Part shown: piece by piece, positions 50,380 through 63,112 of the stretch
How the letters are laid out: each line of letters opens with the position of its first letter
Position numbering within the stretch: position 1 is the first letter of the stretch
Assembly: GCA_030704615.1 (NCBI GenBank)
Contig: CM060731.1
Span: 8,432,001-8,496,000 of the forward strand
DNA: 64,000 nt
Source: Takakia lepidozioides
Taxonomy: Eukaryota > Plantae > Bryophyta
Direction of reading: 5' to 3'
Notes under the pieces: generated by a model
Databases searched by the model: none
The model's input: only the letters and a program-made list of their open reading frames with translations
Told to the model about the DNA's origin: nothing
Made by a program: the position numbers and the translations under genes

Positions 50380-50940
50380 TGCAGTGGACACTTGGGCCTC
50401 TATATGGGAGATGCACTTGGATACATGAATAGAAGATTGCACTTGGGCTTAGATTTAAATTTTTCACACATGGGCCAACGGCATAGGCTACATTAGAGGT
50501 CGCACTTCCTCAACATAAGAGATGCACTGGGATACATAAGAAATTGCACTTGGTCTTAAATGACAGTGGACACTTAGGCATCTACATGGGAGATGCACTT
50601 GGATAAAAGATTGCACATTGGGCTTAGATGGGCCTCGACATAGGAGACGCACTTGGATACATAGGAGATTGCACTTGGGTTTAAATGACAGTGGACACTT
50701 CTACACAGGAGATGCACTTGGATACATAAAAGATTGCACTTGGGCTTAGATGGGTCTCGACAAAGGAGACGCACTATGATACATAGGAAATTGCACTTGG
50801 TCTTAGATTTCGATTATTCACACATCGGCCAGCGGCACAAGCTACCGTAGAGGTCAACTTGGGCCTCGACATAGGAGACGCATTTGGATACATAAGAGAT
50901 TGCACATAGGCTTAGATGACCCTGGATACTTGTGCCAATT
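50380..50940. repeat. Minisatellite-like tandem array (~7 units of 55-70 bp, core GGAGATGCACTTGGATACAT...GATTGCACTTGGGCTTAGAT)
   Basis: Direct observation. Confidence 0.85.
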
Positions 50941-53133
50941 GCACAGGCTACCTTAGTAATAATAATGAATCCTTATTTATATATATATGTATATTACCAA
51001 GGACAACAGGTACAATAGCAAACCCAACTTAGACAACTATATGTCGCGAAAATGACCTTTGGTGTGAAAGAAGGTTCCTTTAAACATGACCACAACTTTA
51101 GTTTTTGTACGATCATAGTCACAATGTATTGACCCTACATCTATACTACACCTAAGATAAAGCATAAAAGTGTTTCGATCTGTTCTAATATTTCTCCTCA
51201 ACTTCATAGCTCACGGTTGTACATGCCAACCGATACTTTTGTGCTCATCAACATACACATCACAAATCCAGCGGTTTATGCAGCATGGGGTGCCACTTTC
51301 TAGTTTCTTTTATCGCACCCATATACACATGACTACAATCACAAATTAGCAATGGTTGTCTCTTAATAACCAAATATTATGTTATCTTAACAAGTGTACA
51401 CCATTGTGAGCTCAGACCATGACCCTAGAAAGACCTTTGATGTTGACAGTGACTTAGAGAAAATCCATCAGTATCGTTGCCGCTCAAATGGTTAGTGGCA
51501 ACTATGACTATGTTCTACCAATGATAAACCATGCATAGCTATAGATACTCCAATCACTGCAAAAAGCTTTGTACTGCTTGCAGCTTGCACTATCAGGCCA
51601 ACCTTCAAAACCTCTATCAATAAAAAGGTACGCGGTTGAAAATACATGCAGCAAATGTGAAGAAACCACCCTAGAGAATAAATTAAGCCTTATCTCAATG
51701 AGAGACATATCCTCAGGGAAAATGTAGGGTGTGGGGTTGACAAATGGCTACAGATGACGGATGTTCATTCCATTGCCAGACAAAAACAAATACAAATGTT
51801 ACCTAAATGTAATGCGTCCCTAGTATCACAGGGAATGGGACTAGGTAATACTAAAACTAGAAAGGCAATACTATGCCTTTGCTTATAAAACACCAATACA
51901 TAGCTAAACTGGCCAAGGTCACACGTGTTTCAACCAATCTAATTGCATACTACTCGTGTATACTTTAGAACCCAAGTTATCATACCAGCTCAGTTTAACT
52001 CCTCAAACTCAATCACATTCTACATGAAGAAAGCTCACATTGCCAACGTTGCAGCCCCACCATTATGAATGATTTGTAAATTAGTACCTTTGCCAGTGTT
52101 GTTCCAAACTCCAGCCTTCAAGACCTACGTTCCCGATACATACGCTCTCCATTGCCACAAAATATAGACTCCTTGCACTCCCACGTTTTTGGGGTAAATA
52201 GATTTGCAAAATAGGAATCGACGGGCTCCTCTACCTCCTCACTCTCATCATCTACGTCATCTAGTCAATGTCCTCTGCCGAATCTCCCTCCTACAGGGCA
52301 TTTGCACGAATGGTTGGACCAAAAACGACAGATGTTGAGTCCTTGGAAGTCCATGGATTTTTTATTTTTTTTTGAGCCAATTTTGTTAGTTTATTTTTAG
52401 AAACTAGATAGTAGTATACCAAACATTTTTAGTAAAGAATCCCCTACCACCTTACCATTGTAGATTATAGGTTTGTATGTCGGGTAGTTGCAGCCTACGG
52501 TGGATCAAAATGAGACACACCATAAAAGTACATAAAGGGGGATGTGGCGAATCCTCAACCATTGGATTCACTTCAATTTACGATCTCAACCGTCGACTAT
52601 TATTCACCATTAAAGACTTTATTTTCAAATCGCGATAGTTTCATATCACTATAGTTTTTTTAAAATTTGACCTTGATCCATCCCGGGGGTCTACCCTTGG
52701 TCTATGTATTTAATGAGGTAGTGTTGATATTTCAAAGAATTCTATATGTAAAGGACTTTACGAAAATAGTTATTTTGAAGGCTCAAAATAGTATATAAAA
52801 TTTATTTTACTTAATATTTTTGAGTGGAAGTTTTCATTCTAGATTCTTTATCCCTCGAAGCACATTTGGTCAAGTCCCTTTTTCTAATTTTCTATTAATC
52901 ATGCTTTAAAAGAACTCCATAACGGTCTTTTATATGGACTATAACAAATCCTTATGGACTTGTTCAAAAGTTTTGCCATTTAGGAGTATGATAATTTACA
53001 ATTAATCAAGGTCCCAAAAAAACAGTGATGTGACAGCATTTTTGATCCACCATAAGCTACAACTGCCCTGTCTTTTGGTAAAAGATGACACCCCAAAAAC
53101 CCAAAACATAATATGTTGTGGACAATTTGTTTC

Positions 53134-53406
53134 ATTGATTACACTAAGACCCCCAACTGTGAAAGTGACAGCACATGCGCCCACACCACAAGAACGGGCA
53201 TATCCATTAGCTACATAGCCTGCATTGATCTCATTGCAACAACCAACATTATTGAGATTAGGTTCAGCAATCAAATGGTCCAACAGGATTAGATTGAAGT
53301 CTCCTGGCACAGAAAATATATCAGTCACCCCCACTTCAACCAATCGTCGTGCAATGTGTCGGCCTAGACAGGAGGAAGATTCGACAGTAGTGGCTCCACC
53401 CGTCAT
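53134..53406 (-). pseudogene. PDC: Pyruvate decarboxylase, N-terminal fragment
   Basis: LGRHIARRLVEVGVTDIFSVPGDFNLILLDHLI...GCCNEINAGY.ANGYAR..GVGACAVTFTVGGLSVIN, then an abrupt break. Confidence 0.93.
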
Positions 53407-54174
53407 AGGACCACCGTGGCTTGTGGTAGCTGGTCTGCTACTTTGTCTATAGTACTCAGCTTCCGGTGGAGGCTATGGACCTGTCAAGGCTTGGGTGCTG
53501 GGTCGATGTCCAAGCTGGTTGAAGTATTATGTTGGTGGTGGAGCTGATGTACTTGTAACTATATTACTGGATTCGCAGGAGATGCAGGCTCTTTAGCAAC
53601 TTCTGCACATGCCACACGAAATCTTTCAACAACATGGGCAAATTTTTTAGGGAGATTTCTGGACAATGGGCTCGCCGTTGCATACGTATGTATAAAAGAC
53701 ATCTTTTGTGAACTTTGGGGTACTGACTGTAGCGATTTCAACAGCACTGCCAATCCTTGACTCCCTCTTGGATCGTCAAGAGGCCGTGTTTACTAGCTAC
53801 TACATCAAAAAGACAACTCACATTTGTTTCTACATGAGAATCGAGAGGAGAGAGAGATGAGTATAACCACCCACCTTCTGAATCTTGAGAATTTGGGCCT
53901 TTCATATCCTTATTGACTCTTGGAATTTAAATATTTGAAATTCAAACGACCCACTAAATGAACGTTAGAGTGAATTTGAATAAATTTAGACCCCCAAAAA
54001 AATATGGACCTATGGATGGGTTGTATAGGCCATCTGATAACTTGTATATTTTCCTTGGTTGTTATGTGGATTTCTAGATTTGAAGAGACAGTGCGAGTAG
54101 TGGATTTGAAGAGGTAAGTAAGAGAGTGTGGACAGGTATTAGTGAGTATACAGCACAAAGAGGTGCGGTATTCT

Positions 54175-54352
54175 AACAAGCCTAAAATGGCGATGGGCTC
54201 TCTTGCTTCGGCAAAACATAAGAGAAAGGTCAGCGTGAGGGGCATAACCCAGCATACCACACCAATCGGAGCCTTGACACGGTTTAAGGTCCTTTGACCA
54301 TATTGTCTCCGTTGCCTTCAACATGTTGCAAAGTCTTTCTCAATAAGAGAGC
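54175..54352 (-). repeat. Inverted paralog of 58995-59172
   Basis: Translations WSKDLKPCQGSDWC...MFCRSKRAHRHFRLV vs WSKDLTQCQGSDWC...MFCQSKRAHRRFRLV reflect nucleotide similarity. Confidence 0.85.
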
Positions 54353-55299
54353 CACAAACATTCATGTCCAGCTGATCCATTGCAAAGAAAACTATTTTGA
54401 TGGAAAGCCGCATTTAACAATACATAATATCTCTCTAATTGTAAATAACTACCATTACTAAGCTCGAAAATATTAGATTTACTCTGTAATCATTTGATCT
54501 GGTTCTTATGGTGCTAGATGAAATCTCTCTTGTTGGAAATAGAATACCCGTCTTTGCATATCAATGGTTGAAGTAAGCAAAACGAATTCATAATCATTCA
54601 TTTTGGAATTTGATATTATTATTAGTGATGATTCCCTCAAACACCATCTGTACGTTACACTTGGGTTTGAAAAAAAAATCAAATATAGGTCCAAATGCTA
54701 CCTCATGACTGCATAAAATGTTAGGAATTGCATCAAGTAATTATGCATCAATCAAGCAACCAATTCATTGAATACTAAATAGAGTATGGACAACAACTCA
54801 CACCTAATATGATCTTAATTTTATAAGTCAACAATGTTATCGATGGCCTCATCATGATGATATGACATTTTCACATTTATATTATATAGAAAGATAGAAG
54901 ACTTTAGTTACAAACCATTGGACGTATATTATACAGTTTTAAAACAATTGATAAATATCGTGATACATGTCCATCTATTTTTAAATTACTTGATAATGGA
55001 TCTAACACTGCAAGATTACACACCACAATTTCTTTAAAAATGAGATGTTAGTAGAATTAGGTGTTGAAAAGTATGCAATACACAATGGACTTACAAACAA
55101 AGTAGATGGTATTCAACACTTTTGATATGGATGTAATTTGACAACACGAAAATAAGCTTAGCAATATGCAAAGAAATGTACGCTTGTACAACGATGAGAT
55201 AGAGATATTGTGGACTCCCCAATTCACCCAATTCATCGCATCTAATACAATAACTATCAAAGGTTTACAATCGGCTCTTCGTTCCACCGACTTTGGCCG

Positions 55300-55464
55300 G
55301 AGCCATTTAAAAAATATATATGGCATACCCCTGAAAGATATTAGTAGTCGCAAGTGATAGTTATGTCAGCTTCGGCCGGAGTCCTCTCTCTCTGGTTCAC
55401 AACTTGATCATATTTGGACAAATGTCTTAAACAGGTTGATTCTGGTTGCCTCGTCCTTTAGGGG
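55300..55464. mobile_element. Isolated piggyBac terminus (left boundary uncertain)
   Basis: CTCGTCCTTTAGGGG|TTAA, the reverse complement of the 26524 TIR. Confidence 0.75.
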
Positions 55465-55599
55465 TTAAATTACTTAGTCATGTGCCTAGATATCATCACA
55501 TTTCAGCTAATGGCTGACATACAAAACATTCACTGTTTATATGTTGATATAAAAACTTTATTTTATTCTAAAATAAATATAACAAAAGCAATCTATTAA

Positions 55600-56960
55600 C
55601 CCCTAAAGAACGACGAGACCCGAAATGGGTCGCGTCCATTTTCATCCAAGGTGCAACTTCCGTGGATGAAAGTTATGTCTAAATGAAAAACCTTCCTCTC
55701 GTCTACCTCTACACGCTCTAACAAGTGGTGCATTGAAATACTAAATCTCCTCCACGTTGGAATTTTTCAAGTGTGAGTGGTCTAGGAAATCTGTGGTTTT
55801 GGGGGTATCCACACACTTTGGCCGCAAAGTGCCATGGGCCGGGCACTGGCGGCACTGGCCAACTGCAGGTGTGTGGATTTGCCCCGCATGTCTGCCCACC
55901 ATTATGTGGAAATCCACCCGCCCTGGAAGCGAAGGTGGCAGTGTGGGTGGCGGGTTACAAGAGACTTTACGTGCAAATGACATAGCCTCCTTCTCTTTCC
56001 TGCACTCCCCCGAAGCTCGACTTCGAGCTTTCGCTCGACACACATTAGGGATGTCGTGATGACATTTACAGGTTGTGCATGAAAGGCAATTCCCCCGGCA
56101 CAAGCATATGCTCTGTTTGTAACCCGGATTAGCCCAAAGAAGGGCTAGTTTCTATTTGCAGCAGCAATGATTGCAGTCACTTTGCATTTTGTCTCGTCCT
56201 TGCTTTCATGGTATGGTTTGTTTTATGTTTCATGTCGTGTTAGGCGTGACTGCTACAAATGTGTTGCGGTGGCTGCCTTCACTAACGCTGCACTGTTGCA
56301 TCCTTGGTCGACATTGTATGTAATGAGTCTACGGTGTCCTTCAACGGTGTCTTAGCCCCATGCACATTGATTGAAAAGATACGGGTTGCATAAGTTTGGG
56401 CGTAGGTGCTCATGGCTCCCAAGTGCAAACTGATTAAAACACTGGAGCCGCCACCTTCTTTACTGCAGCATATTCACATGGTGGATATCATTACAACTTA
56501 GGCTTTGGAACAACACTGCAAATAGCGTCAATTCAGAGAGATTTTCGGTTGTTTGACTATAGAGTACTTGTTGAGTTTGCTGACGCCTCCTCGCGCGTAG
56601 TGCTGGCCTAAATATCATGCAACCCATAACTTTCGTTTTCTATTTAGGAGACATGTAGTCGAATCTTGGGTTGGAAGAGAGGAGGAAATGGGGGATCTAG
56701 AGGGTTTTCTGACAATCTGCATTTTGTTTTGAGGGAAGAGGCGTGGTCGGATGCCAACTCTCAAGTAATTAAAATTTACATTAGCTCGGACCAAGAGTCT
56801 CAAGTAGCCAATGTCATGTCGCCTCCTCCTTGGGCACCTACATGTCGGAAAGCAAACTTGCACCTTACTGATGTTGGTCTGCATTGTGCCATTGCACATC
56901 ATATTTGCTCTCTATTGCGTGCAATCTCGGCTAATGCAACCAATTGGTGTAATGTATGAA
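55600..56960 (+). mobile_element. piggyBac 5' half including the accessory domain (56412-56765)
   Basis: TTAA|CCCCTAAAGAACGACGAGACCCGAAATGGGT matches the 30215 end; MAPKCKLIKTLEPPP...EYLLSLLTPPRA*CWPKYHATHNFRFLFRRHV..LGWKR...RGFSDNLHFVLREEAWSD. Confidence 0.85.
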
Positions 56961-57338
56961 TGTGCGATGTAAGATTGTTCACCATTTTGCTGAGGTTTGG
57001 AAAATTCAATGCCTCAAGAGGGAAACACTGCCAGCATGGGTGTGTAGGGTAAATACATAGATGGGTGGACAAAAAACTGCGTAACACGTAGTTTCTGCAG
57101 TGATCTCCGTCCATGGTTTTATGGTTTAAACTATTAGATTGCAAAAACAATCATGTACCGGAGAGCTATGGACTTTTAAAGTTGATTATTATGGACTGCA
57201 GATGTTACAAGACTAAAAAAACATCATCTACACTCATATAATGGCACAAAGAAAAACATATTAGGGGTGTCATTTCTAAAACCAACCCAAATCCACTTTT
57301 ATATGGAGTTGTTACCTGAGAGCTATGGACTATTTTAC

Positions 57339-58784
57339 ACTGCTAGAGCTTACAACGAAAATTTGCCAGTCATCTGCCTTGTAGGGGGCCCAAATTCGAA
57401 TGATTTTGGCACAAACCGTATTTTGCACCACACCATTGGTATCGCTGACTTTAGCCAGAAGTTTCGATGCTTCCAGCAAGTAACATGTTTTCAGGCGGTG
57501 ATTATGTGCTTGGATGATGCACACGAGCTAATTGACCGTGCCATCTCCACAGCCCTCAGAGAGAGCAAACCTGTGTATATCAGCGTGAGCTGCAACCTTG
57601 CTGGCATCCCACATCCTTCCTTCACCCGTGACCCTGTCCCTTATGCTCTGACTAAAAGGGTAAGCAACCAACTCAGCTTGGAAGCAGCAATTGAAGCAAC
57701 AGTCAAGTTTCTAGATAATGCAGTGAAGCCAGTTTTGATTGGAGGACCCAAATTACGGGTAGCGAAAGCTGGGAAGGCATTTGTAGAGTTGGCCGAGGCA
57801 TCTGGGTATGCAGTGGCCACCATGCCATCAGCCAAGGGGCAAGTCCCAGAGACACTTCCCTATTTTATAGGCACCTATTGGGGCGCCGTAAGCTCCCCTT
57901 TTTTCCTCGAGATAGTAGAGTCAGACGATGCATACATTTTTGCGGGGCCTATTTTCAATTACTATAGCTCAGTGGGGTACTCACTACTGCTCAAGAAGGG
58001 AAATATAATTCTGTTACAGCCTGATCGGGTCATCGTTTCGGGCGCTTCCGAATTTGGGTGTATTCTTATGAAAGACTTCATGGAAGCACTGGCCAAAAGA
58101 GTGAAGAAGAATACAAGCGCTTATGACAACTATAAGCGCATTTTTATTCCCAGTGGCGAGGTCCCCAAATCTGAAACAGGAGAAGCATTGCGTGTCAATA
58201 TCCTTTTCAAGCACATCCAGGACTTGCTTTCCCATGACACGGCAGTGCTAGCAGAGACCGGAGACTCGTGGTTCAACTGTCAAAAGTTGAAACTCCCTGA
58301 GGGTTGTGGGTATGAGTTTCAGATGCAATATGGCTTGATTGGATGGTTTGTGGGGGCATTGTTGGGCTACGCACAAGCAGCCACAGACAAACGCGTAATT
58401 GCTTGCATTGGTGATGGCAGTTTTCAAGTGACGACACAAGATGTTTCCACCATGATCCGGTACGGCCAGAAGAGCATCATTTTCCTCATCAACAATGGGG
58501 GGTACACAATTGAGGTCGAGATTCACGACGGGCCCTACAATGTCATCAAGAATTGGAGCTATACAAGAGTTGTAGAAGCTTACCACAATGGTGAGGGAGC
58601 CCTATGGACCACCAAGGTCAACAATGAGACTGAACTAGTGGCTGCCATCAAAACTGCACAAGACAAGAAGGATTGTTTGTGTTTCATAGAAGTGATATGC
58701 CACAAGGATGATACTAGCAGGGAGTTGTTGGAATGGGGGTCTCGTGTGTCAGCTGCAAACGGCAGGGGTCCCAGCCTTGGGTAG
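57339..58784 (+). pseudogene. PDC: Pyruvate decarboxylase, remaining C-terminal ~480 aa (intronless, open frame)
   Basis: [19 protein letters not shown]...[29 protein letters not shown]...[33 protein letters not shown]; the first ~24 aa of ORF 57267 are non-PDC. Confidence 0.95.
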
Positions 58785-59502
58785 ATACAACATGCCTTAC
58801 ATGTCATATGAACACTTTCCAAAGCAGAACATCACAACCTTGTGTTGATTCCTTCCTTGACGTTTTTTTTAGCTTCTCCCCCTCTCTCCCTCTCCCTCCC
58901 CCTCCCCTTCTGTGAAGCACACCAGCGCAGGATGCTAAGGATTGTCTTCCTTTGGTTTGCAATTGGGCTTGGTCGCTACATTTTATTTTATTGGCTCTCT
59001 TGTAGAGAGAGACTTTGCAACATGTTCAAGTCAATGGAGAAAATGTGGTCAAAGGACCTTACACAGTGTCAAGGCTCCGATTGGTGTGTTGTGATGCGTC
59101 ATGCCCCTTACTCTCACCTTCCTCTTATGTTTTGCCAAAGCAAGAGAGCCCATCGCCGTTTTAGGCTTGTTTAACATAGAGTTGAATCAAACCTTGGATG
59201 ATAAGAGTAAAGTAAAGTTTTTTCAGTGTCTACTCATTTGATCCACCCATTAAGAATAAATGGAGACAAATATTTGGATGTGTAGGTTTTCATACATGCA
59301 ATCATAAAAAATAGCTCATTGTTCTGAATTACGATTTTGTAAATCTTGTTTATAAAATTTTGAAGAAGACAATATATTGTCTAGTTTTTTGTGTACATTA
59401 ACATCTGATATTGTTGAAATGCGAACTTTGGGGGCTTGAATGAAACTGAGGTACACTTATATTCCATCACAACTAGTTAGAGATTGAGAGATAAAATTAT
59501 CA

Positions 59503-59526
59503 TCTCTCTCTCTCTCTCTCTCTCTC
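59503..59526. repeat. (CT)n microsatellite
   Basis: Direct observation. Confidence 0.9.
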
Positions 59527-60279
59527 AATTTTTTTTCAGTATTATTATGTTGAGCACATGTTATCTTGTATCTATATTAGCCCAATTAGAAAAAATTCAT
59601 AATAAATAATTATAAATTATATGTATTTTTTTTTTATAGATTGATAGTATAGGTGACATATGAGTATGAAAAATGCATCATGCCAAGTTATATTGCCATT
59701 TCGTAGATAATCTTCAATATCAATAAATGGATGGTAAAGCAATAATTTGTTCTCCATAATATTAGCTTTCAAGGTCTTTATGCTTATTATAATATACGTA
59801 TTGAACCGTGGTCTGTGGCGTAGTGTAATGGTTTTTAATAAAATATAATTTGCTACAACTACATTTTCAGATCTGTCAATGTAGTTGTCAATAACCAACA
59901 GAAATTTGATGTCAATAGATTTAAGAGAGACTCATTCTTAAACAATGTAACTAGTTCATTTCCAATGACTACTCCCTTCCATTTGAAAGCTAGTTCAAGG
60001 CGACACCTTCTAACGTTTGGCCGGAATGGGGTAATGCCTTGGGTTGACTATAATGAGTGATATTGTCCATTTTATATGCACCTACGTGACTTTGAACCCA
60101 CGACGAGAGAGAAAGAAAAGACTTCACACCAATGCCGGGCTACTTTATTCCTCATTGATGAATGATCATGTTATTGGTAGGATGAAGACAATAGTTGCTA
60201 GTTGGCATGCGGGTATGGATCCATGGCTGTGGGAAAGATCAGTGAAGGAGGGTTAGTGGGTCTCCCACAAGTTGAGAAC

Positions 60280-63112
60280 TCAAAATTGCCAACCTACTAA
60301 TGTCGACTGACTAGCTGTATGAGATGGCGGTCCTCCACAACTCGAGGAATTCCAACTTAGGGTGCACCCACCAGAGTGGCCTTCACTGATCTCAATGCAG
60401 TCTGAGCTCCATTCGCAGCTGCTGTTGGGTGTGCCTGGTGTCCCTGCCTCCCCGCCATGGCTGCTGTTCCATGGGGTCTCTGGCCCCCTGCCAGTACTAC
60501 TGCCGCTTATGCTCAGATTTTCCATCCTTTCATAAACCACAGAATCTGTAGGCATCATCATCCCGTGCTCATCATGAGGCACTTTCGTGGCGGGCTAGAT
60601 AATTATAATTTGTTAATTACACCCTATTGACTATCTTCAATGTGTGCGGCAGCTTACCTACTAGTGTACGAGCTTGCAGCACGTAGTTTCTTATGAAGCT
60701 GCATTGACCAACGAGAGTATTGGCACATACAACTCTAGTTACTTGTCCTGTGATATATATTTCTTAAGTGACAAATATATCTCTATTCAGGAGTACCTAC
60801 GGAAGACGACTTCAATTCAACAATCCATGTATGTGTGTACACGGTACTAACCTAGGGCCGAAGAGTCGAAGCTTCCTTTGGAGGATGAGGCACCTGACAA
60901 AGCTACAGAGTTGCTTAGACTATTAGGTACGGTCCAAAGTGATTTTTTGGGCGACTGTTCTGCCTCAGAGATGACCTTCTCAGGCCCGATTTCATTCTGC
61001 ATGTGAAGATGCATTGAACAATTTACTAGCAAGAAAACAAACATGCAGACATTCTAAGGTTGATTTTCAATGCACACAGATTGAGTATGCTTCAAATTAA
61101 TTATACATGTGTACCAAAATATAATTTTTTCAGGTCGTCCCCCTGAGGTACTTCACTTTTTGAATTTAAGGTGGTCGAATAGACTTCTTTGAGTTCACAC
61201 CTAGGCCGGAAAAGAAGTATCTTAGGTTAGGCTACGATGACTACGCAGATGCAGAGCAAAGTGAATCTATCCGTGATACATGTAGTAGACAACTTTCTTC
61301 CGCCCCAAACTGATTCCAGAATGTGTGCGTGCAGATTACACAGCCCTAGTGCAATAGATAAAATCTCAAGACAAGAGCTGCTAGTACTGAATGTGGCTCC
61401 ACTAACACCTAACTGCCACAGATGAAGAAGACTCCATGGACAACGACATGCAATATTGATTTTTTTTCGTGAACCCTTTTTCCCTTGATGCGCGATGATC
61501 AAGATCCATGAGAGATTACTCCGGCCATAAAGACCAGTGTAACTAAGAGCCGTTTCGCCTTGCAGCTACTGCTCCCTTCGGGGGTGGGCCCTATCAAGAT
61601 CCATGAATCATATTTCATTTGGTATTTAATAGTACGCTAATAGAGAGTACATGCCACCCTCATGACTTCTAGAATGTTTCATATGAGGTGCACTATCTCC
61701 AAGTTCAGAAGTTAGTGTGTAACAACATGTGACTTGCATAATATCTTCTCAATATCATGAGGATATTAGATTAGATAGATTTTGATTGCATCGAAGTTTA
61801 AACTTACAATCCGGTCCTCGAAATCGAGAGACACCAAGGCGGCATTGTCACGTGCTGCTTGCTCGATAAGCCTAGCCCCGCGGCAGAACTCACATGACCA
61901 GCTTCTCAGCACATTTTCATCACCTTCTGGAAAATGCTTACATCCAAAAGTTGGAGAGTTTTGCATACTTGGTTTAGGCAATTTAGCGTTCACCTCTGCT
62001 AATTTTAGTGACATCAGATCCTCTGTAGATGGGCAATAAGAGACTGCATTGTTGCGGCCAACTTTGCGCAGCACTATATAGGTTGCATAATTAGGGTGCT
62101 TCCCTGACGTTCTTGGACTCGACGACTGTGTCCCTGTCATGTCCTTGCTCTCTCCCTTGTATTGATTTCCACCCACTAATTTGCATGTACATTCAGCAGG
62201 TGGTCTTCGGTAAAAAAAAAAAAACCCCACCGATACTTATAATAATCAAGATAGAAGAAGGTTGCTCTTACAAGTATCGCCCCTGCATGGATGGCACAAC
62301 ACAATTAATTATTTTTTCTCTGAATTCTACCACAACGAGTCCTCGACGAAGATCATCCAACATCCCAAACCTTTTGAGCTCGCACTTCATATCCTAGATG
62401 AGCTCCCTCGCTGCTCCATGATGCATAGAGTTAGCACCAAACTCAATTAATCCTCACTGAAACTTCACTGCGCAACATCAGCCAAAAAAGGAAAGCAGAA
62501 GAGAGTCAGAGGGAGAGGGTTGATAGGGGTATTCAATACTAAGTGCAAAAGAAATGTATTGGCCTACATAAATATATTCCAATTCCACACTACAAAGACA
62601 ATATTAATACAAATGAAAAAGAGGTTAATGAAATGGATTTTGTTTTTTGTTGTCTGCATTAAGTTGAATGAGCTTGAAGGACAAAATAAAAGAAGAAAGA
62701 TGAAAAAAGATATCCGGAGCCAGAAATGGTCTATCATTAGCAGCTACTACTCAACAAAATGCTTACATGAGTCAATGCCTCATGCACAGAAAAAGAAATT
62801 GGAGTGCAAATGACAAAGCATAGACACCTAATAACTTGGGAAAACAATACCTGTAAAAACTAGAGACAGTATAAAACACTTGTCTGTCATATATATATAA
62901 CGACACCATTGTTCCAAAATCTGATTATCCAAAAAACAGCTTTTCAATGGGGGGCAACATAACATGCATATTTGTCCTCGTAATCTGTACATTTTCATGC
63001 TTTGTTTTGGTAGCCATGAGAAACGGCCTTGTGTTAGCTTTGTCATAAATCCAAAAAGAATATTTCCACGGAATTGTCAAGATAGTTTACAGATTACTCA
63101 CTCCATGCTCCA
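60280..63112 (-). pseudogene. Multi-exon gene or pseudogene of unknown family (weak ankyrin-like stretch)
   Basis: Phase-compatible splice from ...DFEDRI|gtaag (~61808) to cag|NEIGPEK (~60996). Upstream exon-like pieces (RPFLMATKTKHEN; LIEFGAN...ELI*DMKCELKR) contain stops. Confidence 0.4.

Noticed and set aside
50380-50940. Possible CRISPR-like array
   Set aside because: Units are degenerate and the intervening sequences are themselves repeated; eukaryotic context with no cas genes. It is a minisatellite.
57267-57338. N-terminus of the 505-aa ORF as a genuine PDC start
   Set aside because: Non-ATG start inside TE-like sequence. The true N-terminus lies at 53134-53406 on the other strand.
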